Virus record (IMG/VR): IMGVR_UViG_3300017716_001697
Location: 160,001-224,000 of that record
Direction: 5' to 3' (one strand)
DNA: 64,000 nucleotides
From: a virus
Lineage: Duplodnaviria > Caudoviricetes
Under the pieces are notes generated by a model. The model was not told where the DNA came from. It did no database searches and saw nothing but the letters and a program-made list of their open reading frames with translations. Position numbers and translations under genes: made by a program. Below, one piece after another: positions 56,796 to 62,312 of this stretch (positions are counted from its first letter, which is position 1; every line of letters begins with the position of its first letter).

Positions 56796-57080
56796 ATGTA
56801 TCGCGTAAACATACAGGAGGTATCCGAAATTGTTGATCACGGTGATGCGTATATTCCTCCGCAGTGGTGGATTAATTTTGAAAAATATGCGAATACGCTT
56901 GTTGACTGGACCGAAGCATGGCGTCGCGATCCTCATGCATTTAATGAATGCTCGCCAGGATTTTATGCAATGAAGGGGTTACTTAGGGGATTAGGTGCAG
57001 ACATTATCGCAGATGGCAGCTATACTCTCTTGTTCGCAGATGAGGCTGACTTCTTGGTATTTAAACTAAAGTGGGGCTAA
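56796..57080 (+). CDS. FKLRW-family small protein
   Basis: WWINF...LLFADEADFLVFKLKWG. Confidence 0.78.
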   Translation: MYRVNIQEVSEIVDHGDAYIPPQWWINFEKYANTLVDWTEAWRRDPHAFNECSPGFYAMKGLLRGLGADIIADGSYTLLFADEADFLVFKLKWG

Positions 57081-57092
57081 TTCATAAACCTG

Positions 57093-57120
57093 TTGACATT
57101 ACTGTGTAAGACTGTATAAT
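57093..57120 (+). promoter_or_regulatory. sigma70-type promoter
   Basis: TTGACA-N16-TATAAT. Confidence 0.75.
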
Positions 57121-57176
57121 TAACTTCTTAGCAAGTAAAAACGTTTAATTTTATTAACACACATAGGAATTAACAA

Positions 57177-57506
57177 ATGACACAACTGAACGCAAAATCC
57201 AATCCTATCGAGTACATGCATTTCCGACCGATCTTCCGTGATGTGTCCGGTGGCGCAACTGTTGCCATCATGCCACGTGCAAGTTTGGGCACTGCATTGA
57301 TCTCTGTTGCTCGCTGCGGCCCAATGGACAACTTCAACAAGAAGATTGGCCGCGATGTTGCTACTGGTCGTCTGAGTGCATACCTGGCAGGTCGCCAATC
57401 TGTTGCAGGCCACGTGCGCGAAATTGCTGTGCCAGACATGCTCAAACTCAAAGAGACTGTTGCGATGGCCCTTGAAAACGAAATGGCTGACAACGATCTG
57501 GCGTAA
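57177..57506 (+). CDS. Hypothetical protein
   Basis: 109 aa; ARC...DNFNKKIGR; AGGA RBS. Confidence 0.7.
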   Translation: MTQLNAKSNPIEYMHFRPIFRDVSGGATVAIMPRASLGTALISVARCGPMDNFNKKIGRDVATGRLSAYLAGRQSVAGHVREIAVPDMLKLKETVAMALENEMADNDLA

Positions 57507-57663
57507 GGCAGTTGACATTGTACGCAAAATAGCGTACAATTAATAGGCAGTGTGAGTGCAGACCCAGAGGGGGCGGTGTTTAATTACATCGCCCTTTCTT
57601 TTTGGCTCTGTTTTAAGTTAAAAATTGCGTATACCAGATAAATAAGTGTAGGAGACTACACTT

Positions 57664-58290
57664 ATGATATGCGAATACGGATGTAATGGGGAGGCCAATC
57701 ATCAATTACTAAACGGTAAATGGTGTTGCAGTAAACGGCCCGCTGGTTGCAAGGTGCTAAAGGCAGTTAACTCGGCAGGTCTGAAGAAAGCGCATAGTGA
57801 GGGTAGGGGCGGATATATTTACAAAGATCTATCTGACGAAACCAAAGCCCGAATGAATTGGGCTAAGGGTAAGACTATTACACCCGATAGCGAAATATTT
57901 ACAGAAAATAGCACATACTCTAACGAGATGGTTAAACATAGAATTGTTAAAGGTGATCTATTAGAATACAAATGCTCTAATCCGAAATGTGGAATAACCG
58001 AATGGTGCGACGAATCTATTGTGTTAGATTTGGATCATATAAATGGTAACAACACAGATAACAGATTATCTAATTTACGATACTTATGCCCAAATTGCCA
58101 TTCTCAGACAGACACATACAAGGGCAGAAATAAGAATACAGGTAAGTTGAAAGTAACCGACACTGAATTGTTGGCAGCATATAAGGAATGCAATAATATT
58201 AGGCAAGCATTAATCAGCGTAGGAATTGCTGCAAAGGGTGGCAATTATGAAAGATTAAAAAAATTAATTAGCAAAACGCTTGCCCTATAG
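57664..58290 (+). CDS. Free-standing HNH endonuclease (homing-type)
   Basis: YKCSNPKC, LDLDHINGNNTDNRLSNLRYLCPNCHS; GATAAATA at 57637 and AGGAG RBS. Confidence 0.9.
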   Translation: MICEYGCNGEANHQLLNGKWCCSKRPAGCKVLKAVNSAGLKKAHSEGRGGYIYKDLSDETKARMNWAKGKTITPDSEIFTENSTYSNEMVKHRIVKGDLLEYKCSNPKCGITEWCDESIVLDLDHINGNNTDNRLSNLRYLCPNCHSQTDTYKGRNKNTGKLKVTDTELLAAYKECNNIRQALISVGIAAKGGNYERLKKLISKTLAL

Positions 58291-58308
58291 CTAAATATGT
58301 TGTATAAT
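58280..58308 (+). promoter_or_regulatory. Promoter for tRNA/ncRNA cluster
   Basis: TTGCCC-N17-TATAAT, with a CTAAATA late-like motif in the spacer. Confidence 0.6.
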
Positions 58309-58358
58309 TAATGCATAGCAGCTGATTACAGTAGCTTGTAGAGATCATTAATAAATTA

Positions 58359-58648
58359 GCGGGTATGGAGAAATTGGTAAACTCACCAGACTTAGAGAAA
58401 TAAAATTTGAGTGCCCGGTCGGAAACGATCGGAGTAGAACCTGTCAAATTCGGCGAACACTTTAACATGTCAACGCCGAGCGAAGCCCGAAAGGGAACGT
58501 GTAGAGACTTGACGGCAGGTACCTAACGCAGAAATGCTACGGTAAAGACAAAGTCCAGACTATCAAACCGAGAGGGTAGCGAAAGCTATAGTAGTAAGAA
58601 AATCTGGCGCCGCAAGGCTTGACGGTTCAAGTCCGTCTACCCGCACCA
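58359..58648 (+). tRNA. tRNA-Leu(UAA), intron-split (exons 58359-58393 and 58599-58648)
   Basis: Acceptor GCGGGTA/TACCCGC; joined exons give CCAGA-CT-TAA-AA-TCTGG; long variable arm; GACGG-TTCAAGT-CCGTC; ACCA. Confidence 0.93.
58394..58598 (+). mobile_element. Group I intron (IC3-like), 205 nt, no ORF
   Basis: P1 ACUU|AGA:UUUGAGU with U-G at splice site; P2 GAAA hairpin; P3 ACCUGUC/GGCAGGU; P4 UUCGGCG/CGCCGAG; P7 G-A-GACUU/AAGUC-C; P8; P9; terminal G. Confidence 0.93.
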
Positions 58649-58743
58649 TATTAGGATACATTGTGCAGACGCGGTAGCTAGCCCAAAAGGGACTTTACTA
58701 GCGACAATGGTGAATGCAGGTACAACAGTGTATCCCAATATGG
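58646..58743 (+). ncRNA. Helix-closed RNA module H1
   Basis: CCATATTAGGATACATTGT / ACAGTGTATCCCAATATGG (18/19 paired). Confidence 0.6.
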
Positions 58744-58744
58744 T

Positions 58745-58927
58745 GCCATATTAAAACGCATAAATGCATTAGTTGCATTGGTAATCTGAATGACGTGGAT
58801 AGCTGCATCTTACCCACTGTCAAACAGAGGACATTGCAGGTGATAGCAAATGTAATGGTTTACAGCTAGGCGATTAGAGTCTGGTAGGTGGGTTCAACTC
58901 CTGCTAATGCGGTTTAACATGGCACCA
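58745..58927 (+). ncRNA. Helix-closed RNA module H2 with T-arm and ACCA end
   Basis: GCCATATTAAAACGCAT / ATGCGGTTTAACATGGC then ACCA; GTGGG-TTCAACT-CCTGC at 58888-58904. Confidence 0.6.
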
Positions 58928-59017
58928 TATCGAAGTACATTAACTGAGTACAAGGCTCAGCGTGCGAATTTTAGTAACTAAGCCTCAAGAGGAAGCTATA
59001 GTGTACTTCGATATGGT
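58924..59017 (+). ncRNA. Helix-closed RNA module H3
   Basis: ACCATATCGAAGTACATTA / TAGTGTACTTCGATATGGT; internal hairpins CTGAG/CTCAG, TTAG/CTAA, CCTC/GAGG. Confidence 0.65.
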
Positions 59018-59031
59018 ATAATGTAGACGTA

Positions 59032-59132
59032 TATTGTAACATACACGGAAGGTAATTGGTCCGTGAAACTCGACTGTGGTGTAATGGTAGCACTCAAAAG
59101 TTCCTGGTTCGAATCCAGGCCCGCAATAACCA
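59032..59132 (+). ncRNA. Anticodon-less tRNA-like element
   Basis: D-arm GTGT-AATGGTA-GCAC, T-arm CCTGG-TTCGAAT-CCAGG only 9 nt later, TATTGT/GCAATA helix then ACCA. Confidence 0.45.
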
Positions 59133-59138
59133 AAGGGG

Positions 59139-59182
59139 GTTCGGCACAACGAGTAGGAGAGATGGTTCGATTCCGTCCGAAT
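59139..59182 (+). pseudogene. tRNA remnant (T-arm plus short helix)
   Basis: GATGG-TTCGATT-CCGTC with GTTCG/CGAAT flanks; no D or anticodon arm. Confidence 0.35.
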
Positions 59183-59190
59183 AGAGTTTG

Positions 59191-59269
59191 CATATTAGAG
59201 GGCATTATGCTTCTATTTAAAAAGGGAGCCTGTGCTGGCACATTGGCACATCTAATGTCCTCTAATATG
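59191..59269 (+). ncRNA. Helix-closed RNA module H4
   Basis: CATATTAGAGGGCATTA / TAATGTCCTCTAATATG (17 bp incl. 1 G-U). Confidence 0.6.
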
Positions 59270-59423
59270 ATGCAGGTAGGCAAATGTGGTAAAGCCGCCG
59301 GTTCGGTCCGGTGAGAGATATGTTGAAGTCTTACATGATGACGGGTAGCTGGGTCGACACAGTCCGTACAGTGGCAGGAGCGATATATTTCGTTTATGGG
59401 TTCGATTCCCATCTTGTATCCCA
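59269..59423 (+). ncRNA. tRNA-like RNA with 83-nt variable-arm insertion
   Basis: Acceptor (G)ATGCAGG/CTTGTAT(C)+CCA, D-arm GGC/GCC, GCCGG-TTCGGT-CCGGT arm, T-arm ATGGG-TTCGATT-CCCAT. Confidence 0.7.
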
Positions 59424-59428
59424 GAATA

Positions 59429-59628
59429 GCCAGGGTAGCTCAGTCAGGCACGAAACTTAAAGGGAAGATGTTGCAACATTCAACGGAGAGAAGTAATGAC
59501 TTAGGAAGGTTAAGTAGTAAGCATCTTATGATACGCGGTGTAAGGTGTGTAGGTGATAGCCAACTATTAAGTAGAGCAACCAGTATCTAACTGGAAGGTC
59601 GTTGGTTCAATTCCATCCGCTGGCACCA
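59429..59628 (+). ncRNA. tRNA-like RNA with ~123-nt D-loop insertion
   Basis: GCCAGGG/CGCTGGC+ACCA, D-stem GCTC/GAGC 132 nt apart, CCAG-TATCTAA-CTGG, GTTGG-TTCAATT-CCATC. Confidence 0.72.
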
Positions 59629-59634
59629 AATTAT

Positions 59635-59749
59635 GCGATGATAGCTTCAGGTTGGTAGAGCGCGTCATTGAATGCCCTATTTATTCTACGTTATGGTATA
59701 TAGGCGAGTGGTCAGGACGAGGTCGCAGGTTCAACGCCTGCTCATTGTA
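59635..59749 (+). ncRNA. tRNA-like RNA with ~40-nt anticodon-loop insertion
   Basis: GCGATGA/TCATTGT, D-arm GCTT/GAGC, CGTC/GACG enclosing 49 nt, AGGTC, GCAGG-TTCAACG-CCTGC; no adjacent CCA. Confidence 0.68.
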
Positions 59750-59753
59750 TAAG

Positions 59754-59861
59754 CCATATGAGAATACACTGTGGAGAGCACTGCGTATGACTGGGAAGGT
59801 TTGAACCCGACTCACATCGTCACTCGGTATCCTGCGGCCGCAACAGTGTATTCCCATATGG
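59754..59861 (+). ncRNA. Helix-closed RNA module H5
   Basis: CCATATGAGAATACACTGT / ACAGTGTATTCCCATATGG (18/19). Confidence 0.65.
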
Positions 59862-59863
59862 TA

Positions 59864-60180
59864 CGAAGGGTAGAAGATGATATCAAAGGCTATTTCCTTT
59901 TTTGATAGACGAAACGCTGTGGCCACGGTGTTAGACTACTTATTGGTTAACCATTGTACCGCCAGATTCCGAAGCCTGTAATCAGGCCTGCCAAACAGTA
60001 AATTGGAGTGTGGGAGGACGCACTTAAAACCATCTCCCGCAGGGTCACCATGTGTTATGAGCGGTGATAGTTTAGCGAACCGGAGTCCTAAAAACCGGAA
60101 GGGTAAAGCAAACTTACCTACAAGTAGCGAAAGGTCTGCTATAGCAGTCAAGCCATCCTAGTCTGGAAAACTAGGGTGCA
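59864..60180 (+). ncRNA. Candidate ~320-nt multi-hairpin RNA
   Basis: No + strand ORF; hairpins TATCAA/TTGATA, GCCTG/CAGGC, TGTGGGAG/CTCCCGCA, TCACC/GGTGA, CCGG/CCGG, GGTAA/TTACC, CCTAGT/ACTAGG. Confidence 0.45.
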
Positions 60181-60348
60181 TTTATTTTAGAAAGATATCC
60201 ATATGTACACTTATGCATGGACCATATTTGGTTATTACGGTGGACCTACTATGACAACAAATTATCAACAACACTGTTCGTGGTACACTGTTGACGATTT
60301 TGGTGATCTCGTACCTGCCACATACAAAATGGATTATTTGGAGACAAC

Positions 60349-60558
60349 ATGACACAGAAAATTTACGGATTAATTGCTGACGGCGGTGACGGAAGTTCTA
60401 GCATGCGTTGGTTTCGATCTTTTGATAAGGTTAACGAATTGCTCGACGAAGAGAATGGGCACGAGGAATATTGGGCGAACGAAGGCGGACCTGCCGAAAG
60501 ACTTACCTTCCCCGATGATCTTAATCTTGAGGAGTGCGGATTCTACTTTAGTGACTGA
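60349..60558 (+). CDS. Hypothetical protein
   Basis: 69 aa, GGAG RBS. Confidence 0.65.
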   Translation: MTQKIYGLIADGGDGSSSMRWFRSFDKVNELLDEENGHEEYWANEGGPAERLTFPDDLNLEECGFYFSD

Positions 60559-60563
60559 AACGT

Positions 60564-60797
60564 ATGACGTACAAATACGTGATTACTGTAGACTATCCTG
60601 AGCGAAGGCATATCTGGGATTGGTGTGTAGAACACATAGGTAAGTCAGCGCATGATACATTTTACTATGATCCGGGACAAGGGCAGTGGCCCAATATTCC
60701 GAAATTCATAATTTATAATCCAGAACATGCTACATTGTTTAAATTAGTATGGGGTGAATATATAAAGGGCAACGTGAAGGCCCCGTGCAGTATATAG
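60564..60797 (+). CDS. FKLRW-family small protein
   Basis: WCVEHIG...IYNPEHATLFKLVWG. Confidence 0.7.
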   Translation: MTYKYVITVDYPERRHIWDWCVEHIGKSAHDTFYYDPGQGQWPNIPKFIIYNPEHATLFKLVWGEYIKGNVKAPCSI

Positions 60798-60874
60798 CGG
60801 CATACCCGTATCTACTGCATAAAGGTATAGACTAGTAATACCACGGCTCTTGGTTGTTATCGGACTAAACAACC

Positions 60875-61011
60875 ACCATATCAAATCATATTGCCCTACC
60901 CATTGGGTAGCAGACAGTGGTTGGAAGGATCTGCTCGTTACTCGCCGCGTTGGATGCACTCGGGTTGCACCGATGCCAACAGACAGTGATTGCAGTATGA
61001 TTTGATATGGT
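60875..61011 (+). ncRNA. Helix-closed RNA module H6
   Basis: ACCATATCAAATCATATTG / CAGTATGATTTGATATGGT (19 bp, 1 G-U); internal CTACCC/GGGTAG, GCAGA/TCTGC, GTTGG/CCAAC. Confidence 0.65.
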
Positions 61012-61120
61012 CATTATATAGAAACAGAATTCTATGTTACAGGCGTGGGGGGTACGAACCACATTAAATAAATAAGTAACTGAAAATCCTGTGCCCCTCG
61101 AGTATGTTTCTATATGGTGA
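61011..61120 (+). ncRNA. Helix-closed RNA module H7
   Basis: TCATTATATAGAAACA / TGTTTCTATATGGTGA (16 bp, 2 G-U). Confidence 0.55.
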
Positions 61121-61248
61121 TGTAGTGTCCTCGAAAGGGACTGTGGCGGGGCGGAACGGATCGTTATACGGTGATGCCCATGAGAATTCAATCCACACGG
61201 AGCAAGAGTAAGTGAACGTGAGTAGCCGACTACCAATCACCATAACCA
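61113..61248 (+). ncRNA. Helix-closed RNA ending in ACCA, overlapping H7
   Basis: TATGGTGAT / ATCACCATA then ACCA; GTAGT/ACTAC; GTCC-TCGAAAG-GGAC hairpin. Confidence 0.45.
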
Positions 61249-61334
61249 TTAGACAGCGGCGGCGCCGGGTGTTATAATATGCTGAGCCTAGTACAAAGGG
61301 TCGACACGCAAGATACATAATTCGCAGCATATTT

Positions 61335-61462
61335 CTTATTGAAGTACATTTTTGTCCACATTTCTCCAGGGAGCGACTGTGGGTGCGTTGTCACTAAACT
61401 ATACGACGCCAACCATCCCTAGACTGTACGTAAGACACACAGTTGGAATGTGCTTCAATAAG
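61335..61462 (+). ncRNA. Helix-closed RNA module H8
   Basis: CTTATTGAAGTACATT / AATGTGCTTCAATAAG; internal CCACA/TGTGG, GCGTTGT/ACGACGC, ACTGT/ACAGT. Confidence 0.65.
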
Positions 61463-61480
61463 ATTTAACACATAAATTAT

Positions 61481-61750
61481 ATGTCACACTCAATGCAACT
61501 TAACATACCAGACCGAGTTTTCGGTAATTGTCATTACCTTGTGGCTCCTCGCATCAGAGAATGGATGGATGAATATAAGTTGCATATCTCGTACTGTGGA
61601 TCTAATTTATCGGGTACAGGATACAACAAGAACGGGGAATCTAATAAAGAATGGTCCTACATGGTGTACAATATCAAAGAAGAAGATGCATCCATGTTTA
61701 AAATCCGATTCCCGGATTGCAAAGTGTATCTTAGTGAACAGGTTGCATAA
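61481..61750 (+). CDS. FKLRW-family small protein
   Basis: IREWMDE...IKEEDASMFKIRFP. Confidence 0.65.
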   Translation: MSHSMQLNIPDRVFGNCHYLVAPRIREWMDEYKLHISYCGSNLSGTGYNKNGESNKEWSYMVYNIKEEDASMFKIRFPDCKVYLSEQVA

Positions 61751-61965
61751 TGGTAACATTTGAGCGTGGTACACACTATTGGCGTCAGATACGTAGGGAA
61801 TTCATTATGACACCAATGAATGCAAGAGCATACAAAGATGGATATGCAACGTATGGAGACTGGCTATTTAAACTAGGTGCAATGGAAGATAAGGCAACTA
61901 ATATAATTTTCGTTAACGACGAAGATGCCACATTAATCAAGCTACAGCATGGTTGGTGTGGATAA
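61750..61965 (+). CDS. FKLRW-family-like small protein
   Basis: IIFVNDEDATLIKLQHG. Confidence 0.6.
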   Translation: MVTFERGTHYWRQIRREFIMTPMNARAYKDGYATYGDWLFKLGAMEDKATNIIFVNDEDATLIKLQHGWCG

Positions 61966-62061
61966 GCTGTGAGGGTCGGCCACCGGGAACCGTAAATACC
62001 AAAGCAGAGGCAATGGAAGTATGTTCGACAAAATAACTATCTACAATCGCGATTGCCAACC

Positions 62062-62310
62062 ATGACTGAAGACGATACATTTCGTAAGTTAACTCAACGC
62101 CCATTTAAGGAAGTTCAGAGACGGATAATAAATGAACAGTTTGGGCGCATTGGCGGCGTTCGTGGATGGTCTGTTAGCAAGGATGGCACTACCCAGGCGG
62201 TAATACTAAAAGAATGCGGATGGACACGCGAAGAATATAACAAAGCTGAAGAACTATCAAATCCGTTATTGTACAAATATTTGAAAATGATTAAAGCTAT
62301 TCAAGTATAA
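62062..62310 (+). CDS. Hypothetical protein (paralogue of next ORF)
   Basis: MTEDDTFRKL...GWTREEY...NPLL. Confidence 0.7.
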   Translation: MTEDDTFRKLTQRPFKEVQRRIINEQFGRIGGVRGWSVSKDGTTQAVILKECGWTREEYNKAEELSNPLLYKYLKMIKAIQV

Positions 62311-62312
62311 TT

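Noticed and set aside
59578-59596. Possible amber-suppressor anticodon (CTA) in the D-loop-insert tRNA
   Set aside because: In the 7-nt loop TATCTAA, positions 34-36 are TCT; CTA needs a register shift. TAG stops terminate normal genes here (e.g. 8746, 24596, 30929), so there is no sign of recoding.
59269-59628. tmRNA or archaeal-type BHB introns as the explanation for the tRNA insertions
   Set aside because: No tmRNA 5' GGGGC-type end, pseudoknots or tag ORF, and the inserts are not in the tmRNA position; no 3-4-3 bulge-helix-bulge at the junctions.
59864-59942. Hammerhead-like segment (GATGA...stem...GACGAAAC GCTGT GGCC ACGGT GTT)
   Set aside because: Stem III and GAAA fit, but the core reads AAGATGA rather than CUGANGA, and stems I and II are out of register by 2-3 nt.
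58996-60151. Short ORFs called across the tRNA/ncRNA cluster (58996, 59063, 59396, 59681, 59936) and across 60744-61330
   Set aside because: They overlap T-arms and long helices, and lack RBSs and protein-like composition.
58646-61462. Helix-closed modules as MITEs or a CRISPR array
   Set aside because: No target-site duplications or transposase; the arms differ between copies and are inverted rather than identical direct repeats; no regular repeat-spacer period or cas genes. A DNA-element origin is not fully excluded.
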